From assembly GCA_049964795.1 (NCBI GenBank), contig JBMFWY010000006.1, forward strand, positions 1 through 48,864: a DNA stretch of 48,864 nucleotides, read 5' to 3'. Below the pieces are notes generated by a model. The model was not told the origin of the DNA. It saw only the letters and a list, made by a program, of their open reading frames with translations, and did no database searches. Of this stretch, positions 9,529 to 19,374 are shown piece after piece. How positions within the stretch are numbered: position 1 is the stretch's first letter; each line of letters starts with the position of its first letter. The DNA comes from Candidatus Micrarchaeia archaeon (GTDB lineage: Archaea; Micrarchaeota; Micrarchaeia; Micrarchaeales; Micrarchaeaceae). The position numbers were made by a program, and so were the translations under genes.

Positions 9529-10350
9529 ATGAAGCGTACGACGGATTTGGCAAAACTTCTCTTGGCATTTGCGTTTACTGTGATAACCGCATGGCTCGGC
9601 GCCTTCGGGAATATAAGCGGAGCGATTGAAAACTTCAAAGGCCTGTTCTATATAATGGCTGGCGTTGGGGTATTTATTATTCTGTCTAAATTCGGAGTGC
9701 GCTCGAAAGGCGGCATAAAATTGAGATATGATAATTATATAGACACGGAAGAATTGGACTCGATGCATAAAAATATAGGCAAGGAAAATGCAGAGTTGGC
9801 AAGAAAAAATGCAATGCTCCACAACAACAGGATATTTGCAGTAAAAGGCCTTGCGATAAGGGTTAGTGAACTGCGTAGTTACTTTAATGACGCGCCTGGC
9901 TTTCAAGAGGGCGCGTTTGCGGTTGAAGAAGAAATAGAAAATGTTGCTATAAGGCTTTGGAAAGATGGCATTGTGTGCATTGCAGGAGATTACTTTATCG
10001 GATCGCGAAGAAGCGCAATTGCAAGGATGCTCTACGACAATTATATTGCGGGAGTTGACAATTGCTGCGTAAGCCAAAGGCCAGAAGATTTTTTACGAAT
10101 GCTTAATGGCTACTTCAATGCAAAAGAAGGAAGCAACACTAGGAAAAATTTGGTAGCAGATAGAAGCGCGAGAGAATTTTGGCCTAGGATAGAATTTGCA
10201 AACAAATTCTACAGGTCTAAGATCGTTTCAAGCTTGCTTTCTTTTGAGGAAAAAGGCGTATTCGCTCTGTTTATGCTGCTCACTGGTTATGTAAAAGTTA
10301 TAGATGGAGAGCAAGCGAAGCGATCGGACGCAACATTGAATTATGTATGA
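9529..10350 (+). CDS. Hypothetical membrane protein (2 N-terminal TM segments plus soluble domain)
   Basis: MKRTTD start 13 nt after the previous stop; two hydrophobic helices. Confidence 0.65.
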   Translation: MKRTTDLAKLLLAFAFTVITAWLGAFGNISGAIENFKGLFYIMAGVGVFIILSKFGVRSKGGIKLRYDNYIDTEELDSMHKNIGKENAELARKNAMLHNNRIFAVKGLAIRVSELRSYFNDAPGFQEGAFAVEEEIENVAIRLWKDGIVCIAGDYFIGSRRSAIARMLYDNYIAGVDNCCVSQRPEDFLRMLNGYFNAKEGSNTRKNLVADRSAREFWPRIEFANKFYRSKIVSSLLSFEEKGVFALFMLLTGYVKVIDGEQAKRSDATLNYV

Positions 10351-10359
10351 AGTGGGTCT

Positions 10360-10563
10360 ATGCTTGACGCATATGTGGAGGTAATTTCGTTGGGGCTCAC
10401 TACTTCGCTCCTAATGCTAAACTTGGCATTGCTAGAAAACATTGCCGGCAATCTTTCGAGGAATGAAACATTTATCGAATATGGAAAGCGCACGCTTTAT
10501 GGAGCCATACTGCTGGCTGCGATATGCTTAGCTGTAGCAAAAATAGGGTGGTTTCGTGTTTGA
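10360..10563 (+). CDS. Small 2-TM membrane protein
   Basis: 67-aa hydrophobic ORF tightly packed in the operon. Confidence 0.6.
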   Translation: MLDAYVEVISLGLTTSLLMLNLALLENIAGNLSRNETFIEYGKRTLYGAILLAAICLAVAKIGWFRV

Positions 10564-10840
10564 GCATATAGGCAAGGAATTTGGAGCGAATAATGTATAT
10601 GGAGAATTGTTCATAGGTGTCGTTTCTTCTGGCATGGTACTTTTTCTGGCTTACTTCGTTGGATTTGCGATTGGCGTTGGCATACCAAGGCTTGGGATGC
10701 TAGTTTCATTGATGTTTTCAGGTTTTTTATTTTCCTTCGCTGTAGCACACAGGCAAAAGGCAATGATAACCCGCATAGACGCAGCCTCGATGATTGTCTC
10801 ACTTCTTTTTTCGCTTATTATAATAGCAGTTTTGGGATGA
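10556..10840 (+). CDS. Small 3-TM membrane protein
   Basis: 94-aa hydrophobic ORF; GGTGG RBS before GTG; overlaps the previous stop. Confidence 0.62.
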   Translation: MFEHIGKEFGANNVYGELFIGVVSSGMVLFLAYFVGFAIGVGIPRLGMLVSLMFSGFLFSFAVAHRQKAMITRIDAASMIVSLLFSLIIIAVLG

Positions 10841-10844
10841 GCGC

Positions 10845-13091
10845 ATGACGCTATCATTTTATAAAGTAAGCTCCTTGCCTGACAAGGACTTTGACAGAAT
10901 TGTTTTGACGGAGGCTGCGGCGGGATCACCTTTGGCAATTATATACGATCTTGAGAAAGGCTTTACTGCCTTTGGCATAAACACCAACAAAGAGAGCAGC
11001 ATAGACTTTTTGATGAAGGCTATACCAGGACTTGAATTTTCCAAAATAGAAGGTTATGGCAAGGAGCCGGTGGAGTTTGAGCTTATGTCGGTATTCAGGA
11101 AGAAGGAGGCGCTTTCACAAAGTCTGCTCGAAGATTCATTTAGGCTTGGCGAGAATCGCGGCTTTCTAGGAATTGTTTTTCTCCCTGTTTCAGGAAGGGA
11201 GCTGCATGAATCGAAAAGAAGCATAGAGAAATCGCTTGAAAAAATGGGAGTAAAAGAAACGGCGTCATTTACAAATGCAAGCTTGGCAGGAAGAGCAAGC
11301 AATTCAATACAGAAAGATATAGTAAGCAATTCTGAAGAAAGGCTTTTGCTTGGCGAAGTGCTTGAATCAATCAACAACGCGGTGCTTAATGGCGCGGCTA
11401 CTTACAAGATAGGGATAATCTCCAGCAAATTGGACAAGCTTAGCGAATTTGCAAGGTCCAAATTCCTGCTTTTGGGAAAAGTGGAATGCAGGATTAGGCT
11501 GCAGGATCTTGACAAGCTTGGCATTAAAGCTTTCCCGGTGGGGCCTGACAAAGCGGCAGACCTGATCAGGTTCTACAAAGCAGGCAAGCTTAACTACCTT
11601 GTAAACACCGAAGAGCCTGACAGCAGGGGGGACATACCTGTTGGCACCTTTATGGAGGAGGGAGTTCATGATACTGGCTACAAAGTGTCGATTGACGGCT
11701 CACTGCTAAATCTGGGTATGATAATAACAGGGTTGCCTGGATCTGGAAAAACCTTTGAAACCATGCAGATAATAAACGCAGTGGCAAAAAATAGGACAAA
11801 GAGGGTTATTGTAATAGCGCCTACTGATGAGTGGAACGAATTTGCAAGGAACACAGGCATGCATTTGATAAGGATTTATGAGGATCGTGTGCCCCTAAAT
11901 TTTTTCAGGTGTGCTGAAGGCGTTGAAAGACCCGTTTTTTACGAAGATCTTGCAATGTTGCTTTCATCAGCGAGTGATGCGGGTCCGTATAGAAACCCAA
12001 TGGAAAAATGCATGCTAAACGCTTTCAAACGTGTTTATGACAAAGAAAGCAATCCCGATCCGGTAGAGGCATACGAAGAGATAGAGGAATCGATAATAAG
12101 GCTTCATGGGAAAAAGACAAACGTTGGGATAAAATACACAAAGCATGGGGAGAATATAAAATCTGCGCTGGAGAACTTAAGGAGCATATTGCGTAGGCCT
12201 GAATACTCTTCCAGGCAAGGAGTAAAATTCGAAGAGCTGATAGAGCAGGGAGTAGTCTTCGATCTTTCAAAGGTAAGCAACAAGTTCAAGCCTTATCTGT
12301 ACGCGCTTTTGCTGAACCAGGCATATATGCTTGCAAATCTTCTGGATACGCGAGGTGACAATGAACTACGCTTGCTTATATGCCTTGAAGAGGCACAGGT
12401 TGTATTGGGGCAAAGGCAGGGCAACGCTGCCGCCGAAGACCTTAAATATAGGATACAGGATTTTAGGAAGAAAGGGGTTGGACTTGTGCTGCTTGCACAC
12501 AGTGTAGATGATATAGACAGAAACATAAGGAGGCTTTGCCAGATAAAGCTTTACTTAAAGCAGGCGCCTGACGTAGCTGAGATAGCTGCTGAAGACTTAG
12601 TATTTACACGTGCAGAGAGGGATCAAGTCATTGCGAAGCTTAAACATCTGGATTCCAGAGTAGGGGCACTGAACTATATGGTGAGAGAGGGCAACGAGAA
12701 AATTGCAAAGGACACCGTTTTCATACGCACCTTGGATTTCGAAGAAAAATTGATTGAAGGCAATACCTTGCATTCAAAAACAATAGAGAATTTTGGATTG
12801 ATGCCAGAAGCCTCAAAAACAATAGAAGCTTTGATAAGCATAAGCCGGAGAAAGGGCAAGGCAGAAAACACAGGATTGGGAGAGACAAAAATTGAAAGAG
12901 AATTAAAATTGAGGATAAGCTATTTATGCGAAACGATAGCAGAACACAGAATTATGCTTGGAGAACGCTTTGAGATAATGGAAGAAATGACAGAGGGGAG
13001 GCCGTACAAGATAGAGCTGATAGACGAAAAGAAGAAAACAGTTTATAGCAATAGGCTGCTGGCACAGAATCGCATTAATATAGAGATATGA
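10845..13091 (+). CDS. Large HerA/VirB4/VirD4-superfamily ATPase (DUF87-like)
   Basis: ITGLPGSGKT Walker A, LLICLEEAQ Walker B variant, DFRKKGVGLVLLAH motif. Confidence 0.82.
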   Translation: MTLSFYKVSSLPDKDFDRIVLTEAAAGSPLAIIYDLEKGFTAFGINTNKESSIDFLMKAIPGLEFSKIEGYGKEPVEFELMSVFRKKEALSQSLLEDSFRLGENRGFLGIVFLPVSGRELHESKRSIEKSLEKMGVKETASFTNASLAGRASNSIQKDIVSNSEERLLLGEVLESINNAVLNGAATYKIGIISSKLDKLSEFARSKFLLLGKVECRIRLQDLDKLGIKAFPVGPDKAADLIRFYKAGKLNYLVNTEEPDSRGDIPVGTFMEEGVHDTGYKVSIDGSLLNLGMIITGLPGSGKTFETMQIINAVAKNRTKRVIVIAPTDEWNEFARNTGMHLIRIYEDRVPLNFFRCAEGVERPVFYEDLAMLLSSASDAGPYRNPMEKCMLNAFKRVYDKESNPDPVEAYEEIEESIIRLHGKKTNVGIKYTKHGENIKSALENLRSILRRPEYSSRQGVKFEELIEQGVVFDLSKVSNKFKPYLYALLLNQAYMLANLLDTRGDNELRLLICLEEAQVVLGQRQGNAAAEDLKYRIQDFRKKGVGLVLLAHSVDDIDRNIRRLCQIKLYLKQAPDVAEIAAEDLVFTRAERDQVIAKLKHLDSRVGALNYMVREGNEKIAKDTVFIRTLDFEEKLIEGNTLHSKTIENFGLMPEASKTIEALISISRRKGKAENTGLGETKIERELKLRISYLCETIAEHRIMLGERFEIMEEMTEGRPYKIELIDEKKKTVYSNRLLAQNRINIEI

Positions 13092-13208
13092 ATTAAGGAC
13101 TTGCCACGACTTGTAATTGAAGTAGTCTGCACAGTATGCCACATAGCCTTTTAAAGTCGTGGTATAAAAGACAAGGTTTAATAAATATTTTATGCAAAAA
13201 GCAGATGT

Positions 13209-15137
13209 ATGATCAAGTTCAAGACCACTGATGATATCAAAGTTCCTGAAAAGCTCATAGACCAGGTAATCGGCCAGAGCCATGCAGTGAAAATAATCAA
13301 AAAAGCAGCAATGCAGCACAGGAACGTATTGCTTATAGGCGAGCCTGGAATAGGAAAAACAATGCTCGCGCAGGCTATGGCGGAACTTCTCCCTGCTACA
13401 GACTTGGAGGACATTTTAGTATACAAAAATCCCAACGATGAAAACATGCCGCTGATTAAAGCGGTAAAAACTTATCCCGAAGGGGCGGAAAAAAGCGCGA
13501 ATATGGACGGGCAGGGAAGAATAATACTCCAAAGGGAAAGAATGAAAAATAGGATGGCGATGTCCAAAGGAGGCTCGATAATCTCGCCTTTGGTAATAAT
13601 ACTGGTTATTGCGCTTTTTGCATTGTCCCTCAGCGGTCTTATAAAAGGCTATGAAATTGTAGTGCTCGCTGCACTTATATTAGGCATATTCATATTTGGT
13701 GCGATGGCGCTGTTTGTAGGAGGCTTTACAAGGAGGATGGGGGGCTTGCCGGGCGCATTTGACAGCAATGAGCCTAAGCTTATAGTAGACAATACAGGAC
13801 TTACCCACGCCCCTTTTGTAGACGCAACGGGCAATAAGGCAGGGGCGCTATTTGGTGACGTAAGGCACGATCCGCTCCAGTCTGGAGGCTTAGGCACTCC
13901 TGCACACTTGAGAGTTGAAAGCGGGGCAGTGCACAAGGCAAACAAAGGGGTATTATACATAGATGAAGTTTCAAACCTTGATCCAAGATCGCAGCAGGAG
14001 CTGCTTACTGCAATGCAGGAGAAAAAGTACCCCATAACAGGGCAGAGTGAAATGAGCTCCGGGGCGCTGGTGAAAACCGAGCCCGTGCCAAGCGACTTTA
14101 TCCTGGTTGCAGCAGGGAACCTGCAGGATATACAAAATATGCACCCTGCATTGAGATCTAGAATAAGAGGGTATGGCTATGAGATTTATATGGAATCCAC
14201 AATACCTGATACTGAAGCAAACAGAAATGAATTCATAAGGTTTATAGCGCAGGAAGTCAAAAAGGACGGAAGGATTCCACCATTTGACAGGGAAGCTGCT
14301 TATGCTGTTATAGAGGAAGCTAAAAGGCGTTCAGGAAGAAAGGACAGGCTAACGCTTGTCTTCAGGGATCTTGGTGGACTCATAAGGGCGGCAGGAGACC
14401 TGGCGATAGAAAAGAACAAGAAAGTAGTTACCAAAGAGGAAGTCTTAGGCGCGCTAAGCTTGGCGAAGCCCATAGAATCGCAGATCGTTTCGCAGGAGCT
14501 TGAGTATAGGAAAGATTACCAGGTATTCAGCAACAGTGGTTTTCAGGTAGGCAAGGTAAATGGGCTTGCGGTAATAGGCTCAAGCGCAACGCTCTCTTCA
14601 GGCATGGTAATGCCAATAGTTGCAGAAGTAACGCCTGCAAGCTCGAGGGCAGAAGGAAAATTCATACCTACAGGCAAGCTTGGCAAGATAGCTAGCGAGG
14701 CAGTGAAAAATGTAAGTGCAGTAATCAAAAAGCACATGGAAAGGGATGTTGCAAGCTATGATATACATGTGCAGTTCCTGCAGACTTATGAAGGAATAGA
14801 AGGCGACAGCGCGAGCATAAGCGTTGCGATAAGCGTAATTTCCGCAATGGAAGGAGTGCCGGTAGACCAATCGGTAGCGATGACCGGCTCTATGTCGGTA
14901 AGAGGCGAGGTGCTGCCGGTAGGAGGCGTTACCGCGAAAGTAGAGGCTGCGATAGATGCAGGCATGAAAAAAGTGATAGTTCCAAAAAGCAACTTCCATG
15001 ACATAGTGATAAGCAAGGAGAGGCTGAAGAGGATAAAGATAATACCGGTGAGCACCCTTGCCGAAGTAATAAGGTATTCGCTTAAAGAAGGCAAGAGAAG
15101 GGATGAAATTATCAAGAGGCTCAAAGGCGCAACTTGA
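13209..15137 (+). CDS. lonB: Membrane-anchored ATP-dependent protease LonB
   Basis: GEPGIGKT Walker A, two TM helices inside the AAA domain, LYIDE Walker B, GDSAS Ser with Lys dyad (GVTAKVEAA). Confidence 0.96.
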   Translation: MIKFKTTDDIKVPEKLIDQVIGQSHAVKIIKKAAMQHRNVLLIGEPGIGKTMLAQAMAELLPATDLEDILVYKNPNDENMPLIKAVKTYPEGAEKSANMDGQGRIILQRERMKNRMAMSKGGSIISPLVIILVIALFALSLSGLIKGYEIVVLAALILGIFIFGAMALFVGGFTRRMGGLPGAFDSNEPKLIVDNTGLTHAPFVDATGNKAGALFGDVRHDPLQSGGLGTPAHLRVESGAVHKANKGVLYIDEVSNLDPRSQQELLTAMQEKKYPITGQSEMSSGALVKTEPVPSDFILVAAGNLQDIQNMHPALRSRIRGYGYEIYMESTIPDTEANRNEFIRFIAQEVKKDGRIPPFDREAAYAVIEEAKRRSGRKDRLTLVFRDLGGLIRAAGDLAIEKNKKVVTKEEVLGALSLAKPIESQIVSQELEYRKDYQVFSNSGFQVGKVNGLAVIGSSATLSSGMVMPIVAEVTPASSRAEGKFIPTGKLGKIASEAVKNVSAVIKKHMERDVASYDIHVQFLQTYEGIEGDSASISVAISVISAMEGVPVDQSVAMTGSMSVRGEVLPVGGVTAKVEAAIDAGMKKVIVPKSNFHDIVISKERLKRIKIIPVSTLAEVIRYSLKEGKRRDEIIKRLKGAT

Positions 15138-15248
15138 TTTTCCATTTGTTTGCCTGTTGTGCCCTTTCAGGGCTTTTGTACCCTGCATATTTATTGCATC
15201 TATTGAATTCCGTTTATTTAAACCGGTTTGTAAAGCGTGGCGATCTTC

Positions 15249-16349
15249 ATGGAAAACGACAAAAATGTAAGCAAAATGCTTGAGGAATTTGGCAAGGATA
15301 TAACCTTGCAGATAGAAAAAGGCAAGAATCCTTCTTTCGAAACTACTTCGAGGACGCGATCAAATATAACTTATGATGAAAAGGAAGGATTTCTAAGGCT
15401 GGGCAATGCAACAGAGGAGAGGAATTTCATAAATATAGCCCAGACAAAAAGGTTCATGCAGACAATTGCAATCGCAGGGAAATGCCACAAATTCATAAAG
15501 GAAAATCTCCACACTTCGATAAGGGGTCTCTTTTATCAGCTCAAGTACTCGCTTGGAGAGGATATAGATGAAAATATATTCAATGAGCAGAGCGAATCCA
15601 ATCCGCTGATAGAGGATTTGGAAGCAGCGCTTGGGGTAAGAAGAGAGGATTTGCACCTCAATGCAAACAGGAAGGGGGTGCTTGTCGGAAACATGAAGGT
15701 AGTTGATACTTTTGAAAATGAAGAGTTAGAGATAGATACAAGCAAGATGGGAAGAAGCGGGTGGAGCATACCGAGCGATGTTGACAACGACATAGAATTC
15801 GTAGATATAAAGGCGAAATATGTAATAGTAGTGGAGAAAGATGCCCTGTGGCAAAGGCTTAATGAAGATGGATTTTGGAGAAAAGAAAATGCGATACTAA
15901 TCTCGCCGCAAGGCCAAGCTTCAAGAGGCACAAGGCGAATGCTCAGGAAACTTGCAGACGAGGGATTACCTATTTACGTTTTCAACGACTGCGATGCCTG
16001 GGGATGGTATATATATTGGACGATAAAGACAGGAAGCATGAACTTGGCGTACATCGGCAAGGACATCGCGACTCCGGAAGCGCGATTCATAGGAGTGACG
16101 ATGTCGGACTTGGAAAGATACGATTTCCTGCAAAAAATGACTATGAAAGCGAACGACGTTGACATCAAGAGGGCGCAGGAGATGCTGTCATATCCTTGGA
16201 TAAGCAGGCACAAGGAATGGGTTGAGGAGCTAAAGAAAGTGATAAAGACCAAAAAGAAGCTTGAGCAAGACACGCTGCAGGGACCAAGGCTTACTTTTGT
16301 AGACGATTATATAAAGGATAAGATAAAAAGCAAGGAGTTCCTGCCATAA
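15249..16349 (+). CDS. top6A: DNA topoisomerase VI subunit A
   Basis: IRGLFY catalytic Tyr, VVEKDA and FNDCDAWG TOPRIM motifs, KLEQ motif. Alternative GTG start at 15237. Confidence 0.95.
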   Translation: MENDKNVSKMLEEFGKDITLQIEKGKNPSFETTSRTRSNITYDEKEGFLRLGNATEERNFINIAQTKRFMQTIAIAGKCHKFIKENLHTSIRGLFYQLKYSLGEDIDENIFNEQSESNPLIEDLEAALGVRREDLHLNANRKGVLVGNMKVVDTFENEELEIDTSKMGRSGWSIPSDVDNDIEFVDIKAKYVIVVEKDALWQRLNEDGFWRKENAILISPQGQASRGTRRMLRKLADEGLPIYVFNDCDAWGWYIYWTIKTGSMNLAYIGKDIATPEARFIGVTMSDLERYDFLQKMTMKANDVDIKRAQEMLSYPWISRHKEWVEELKKVIKTKKKLEQDTLQGPRLTFVDDYIKDKIKSKEFLP

Positions 16350-16378
16350 CTGCATAGAAAAGATTTGGAAACGCATGA

Positions 16379-16434
16379 GCCTATAGAAGCTTGCTGGTTG
16401 CAAACGTATAGGCAAATTGCCTTTTTTATTTGCC
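16379..16434. terminator. Possible hairpin/T-tract terminator between convergent genes
   Basis: GCCTATA...TATAGGC and GGCAAATTGCC followed by a T6 tract. Confidence 0.35.
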
Positions 16435-16848
16435 TCATACGACGTTTATTATCATGCGCTTCTTTACCGCATTTATCACGTGGCCGTAATCCAAATAATG
16501 CATTATAGCGGTAAGCGAAACTGTGTATGCACCCTTGTCGGTGCTTAGGCCGCCGTATACCTCAACCTTTATTTCCTTTTCTTCCTTGGGCTTCATGTTG
16601 CCTATACGTATCTCCTTCTCCTTCGACAAGCCCATTTCGTCAAAGCCGAGCTGCGAAGGCGTCTCCACTACTATAGAAGTAAGTACCGGTTCTGATGTAA
16701 GATTTGCGAGCTTTATAAAAAGAGTTGCAGAACTTTTTTTGTTTGATTCTATATGGTAAGGGACAAGCTCTGTGACAATCCTATAAGGAGGGCTTTTCAT
16801 AAGGTCAGAACCGACATCTTTTTTTCCAAAAATATTGAATATGGACAT
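16435..16848 (-). CDS. Hypothetical protein, beta-rich (Ig/CARDB-like pattern)
   Basis: MSIFNIFG start after a GTGGT RBS; alternating beta-strand pattern, IGNMKPKEEKEIKVEV. Confidence 0.65.
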   Translation of the reverse strand: MSIFNIFGKKDVGSDLMKSPPYRIVTELVPYHIESNKKSSATLFIKLANLTSEPVLTSIVVETPSQLGFDEMGLSKEKEIRIGNMKPKEEKEIKVEVYGGLSTDKGAYTVSLTAIMHYLDYGHVINAVKKRMIINVV

Positions 16849-17002
16849 GCGACCACGCTTTACTCTTGTATGTAATAGCTTAAAATTTATAACTTTTTGC
16901 AGCGTTTTCCGGCACTTTTGACGCTGCAATGCCCTGCTCGGCATTAATCATGCTAAGTGCATATTTATATTTTTATTTATGCAAATATAAAAACAGGTGT
17001 CC

Positions 17003-17428
17003 ATGCCAATAAAATATAATTTAACATGGGCAGATACGCTTTCAAACAAGATACATAAAGTTTCACAGAAGGATTTGCAGACCTTGGATGAAGAGGATAG
17101 GAAACTTGCTAGGATAGGAACTATAATAGCGTCATTTGCTTCTTCGCACTCCTGGCAGACCTACAAAGCCATGAAAGAAAACCACAAGGCGTTTAGCACC
17201 CAAGAGGTCAAGGACGAATTCCTAAAAGCTTCAAGCGAAGGCTGGAAAAGCATAACTTACACAGATATAAGCGAAATTGCAAAGGAAAAGGAGCTGGAAC
17301 AGGCATTTGACTCGTGGCTTTTTTTCAATGTTGAGAAAAAGGAGCAGAAAGATTACAAGCTCGCTTGGGAAACATTGAAGCAATATTTTGGTGAAAACTG
17401 CGACGATGTTGCTGGTGAAAGAGATTAA
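17003..17428 (+). CDS. Hypothetical protein
   Basis: AGGTG RBS before ATG; 141 aa, helical, no recognised motif. Confidence 0.7.
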   Translation: MPIKYNLTWADTLSNKIHKVSQKDLQTLDEEDRKLARIGTIIASFASSHSWQTYKAMKENHKAFSTQEVKDEFLKASSEGWKSITYTDISEIAKEKELEQAFDSWLFFNVEKKEQKDYKLAWETLKQYFGENCDDVAGERD

Positions 17429-17760
17429 TGCTTGCTAAGCCTCCTTACTTTAGTTGCAAGTTCCATCAATAGATCCTTGTTGTCATTTTCTGCTGCCACT
17501 ACATTCTTTTCCTCGCCACATTTCTTGCATTTGTAAAGTATTTTGTACTCGCCATGCCTGTATTCTGCTGAGATTGGTTCCATCATTCCTCCGCAACCAG
17601 AAGACCTGTCTCCGGGATACTTGTCTACGTGCTTGCTGCGAAGGCATTTTGTGCAATGGTCTGTATAGCCATTGCCTTCTACAAAAGTGCCACAGTATTC
17701 GCATGTGAAATTCTCGATTTTCCTCCTGAACTTCCCTTTCTGAAGTATACCTTCTTCCAT
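17425..17760 (-). CDS. RNHCP-domain zinc-binding protein
   Basis: FTCEYCG...DHCTKCLRSKHVD..PGDR...CGGMMEP...CKKCG. Start placed downstream of the tRNA. Confidence 0.85.
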   Translation of the reverse strand: MEEGILQKGKFRRKIENFTCEYCGTFVEGNGYTDHCTKCLRSKHVDKYPGDRSSGCGGMMEPISAEYRHGEYKILYKCKKCGEEKNVVAAENDNKDLLMELATKVRRLSKH

Positions 17761-17801
17761 TGCACCACGTGAAGCCATTGAGGATAAAACGCTAAAGCAT
17801 T

Positions 17802-17916
17802 TGGTGGACTCCGCGGGATTTTCAATGCTTCCTGAATCGGCTTCGACCAAGAAGCGCATTTGAACCCGCAACCTCCTGCATGCCATGCAGGCGCGCTACC
17901 GTTGCGCCAGGAGCCC
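17802..17916 (-). tRNA. tRNA-Ala(GGC) with a 40-nt intron at position 59/60 (17819-17858) and encoded CCA
   Basis: GGGCTCC/GGAGTCC acceptor stem with G3:U70, CCTGC-ATGGCAT-GCAGG anticodon arm, T-loop interrupted by an insert forming a bulge-helix-bulge. Confidence 0.93.
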
Positions 17917-18021
17917 ACTGCCTAATTGTAGAAGGCACCAAATGGATTGAACAACAAAAAACTTTAAGCTTGATTGAGCCAAAAGGCAATATGCAAAAAT
18001 CCCCCTGCCGCGTTAAGAGGA

Positions 18022-18246
18022 TCAAACAGGGGAGATAAATAGTATGTTTCCTCCGCGCAGCAATATCGTACCGAGCTTTGCTTTCAGTTCGCTGCCGTCG
18101 AGCTCCTCTGCATTGTCAATTACTATGTTCATGTGTATGTCAAATGACACCATCTGCCCGCGTATGTCAGCCCCGTTTTTAAGGCGTATCAGTATTTTCT
18201 GCCCAATCATTTTGTTCAGCAGATCAAAAGGCCTTTCCTGTTGCAT
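18022..18246 (-). CDS. Sm-like (Lsm/SmAP1) protein
   Basis: ERPFDLL, FDIHMNIVI Sm1 motif, LLRGGNI Sm2 motif. Confidence 0.95.
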   Translation of the reverse strand: MQQERPFDLLNKMIGQKILIRLKNGADIRGQMVSFDIHMNIVIDNAEELDGSELKAKLGTILLRGGNILFISPV

Positions 18247-18335
18247 TTATTCACCAAACAATCAAAACTGATATATAGTCATTTACCTATATGTTTTTAT
18301 TTATTTGCACTGGGTCTCGCTCTAAGCTTAAACGA

Positions 18336-19370
18336 TCATTTCTTGCTGCCTTTGGCTTTTATTTTCTGAAGATCTTCCTTCTTTACTGCTAGCTTAACAA
18401 ATCCAGTACCTACAGAAATCTGTTTTCCTATAAGGATGTTTTCCGCAACTCCGGAAAGCTTGTCTACCTTGCCTTCTATTGCAGCATTTACAAAATGCTT
18501 TACCGTTTCTTCGAACGCCGCCTTTGCAAAAACAGAATCCTTCATTCCTGCCACACCATGCCTTCCTACGCCTTTTACAGCTCCATAAAAAGTCATTGCG
18601 TCAGCAACAAGCGAGAGGTGCCTGAAGCTTGTGGTGAAGCCTTCTTCCTTTATTGTGGAAGACAGCTCCCTTGCGATAATATTTCTCGCAGCCTCTATGC
18701 CGTAAACCTCAAACACTTCCATTATATTGTTGCTATAAACTCTGTCCTTGTTTATGCCTTCTATCTCGAGCACGCCCTTTATATTGCTGCCTACGGTTGT
18801 TATGAAAAGAGTTCCGTCTTCCTTCTTCTCTACAATTGCATGTGAAATGTTAGGAACGCCGGCTATCCTCAGATCGCGTATGTTGACAAACGCGGTTCTT
18901 GCGGCTTTCATGTCTCCCTTGACTTTTACCTTTATCGAATCGCCATCCAGCTCCGCAGAAGCGCCGAACGATTCTATCCTGCTTGTTATGTTTCTTGCAG
19001 TCATCCCTTTTTCAGAAAGCCTTTCCCTGTCAAGCTCAAGTACCATAATTCCTGACTTAAGGTTTTCAGAGAAATCCTTTATTACATCGGAAATCCTTAC
19101 CTCCTCTATCTTTGACGCTATCTCTTTTACCTTTTCGTAGTCCTTCTCTATTTTCTTTTCGGGCTCTATGTGCATCAGCGGAGACTTCGGATTCTTTCTT
19201 GCATCCAATATCTCCAGTATGCGCGGAAGGCCTGTTGTTATTACCGCAGAAGATATACCTGCAGAGTGGAATGTCCTAAGAATCATTTGCGTGGACGGCT
19301 CGCCTATTGACTCGGCTGCCACAACGCCGACAGCTTCACCTGGTTGAACTTGATAGCTATTTTCATCCAT
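18336..19370 (-). CDS. rpoA2: RNA polymerase subunit A'' (Rpo1C)
   Basis: [51 protein letters not shown]. Confidence 0.96.
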   Translation of the reverse strand: MDENSYQVQPGEAVGVVAAESIGEPSTQMILRTFHSAGISSAVITTGLPRILEILDARKNPKSPLMHIEPEKKIEKDYEKVKEIASKIEEVRISDVIKDFSENLKSGIMVLELDRERLSEKGMTARNITSRIESFGASAELDGDSIKVKVKGDMKAARTAFVNIRDLRIAGVPNISHAIVEKKEDGTLFITTVGSNIKGVLEIEGINKDRVYSNNIMEVFEVYGIEAARNIIARELSSTIKEEGFTTSFRHLSLVADAMTFYGAVKGVGRHGVAGMKDSVFAKAAFEETVKHFVNAAIEGKVDKLSGVAENILIGKQISVGTGFVKLAVKKEDLQKIKAKGSKK

Positions 19371-19374
19371 ATAA

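Noticed and set aside
17679-18025. ORFs spanning the tRNA-Ala region, including the 5' extension of the RNHCP ORF
   Set aside because: Explained by the intron-containing tRNA; no protein-like features.
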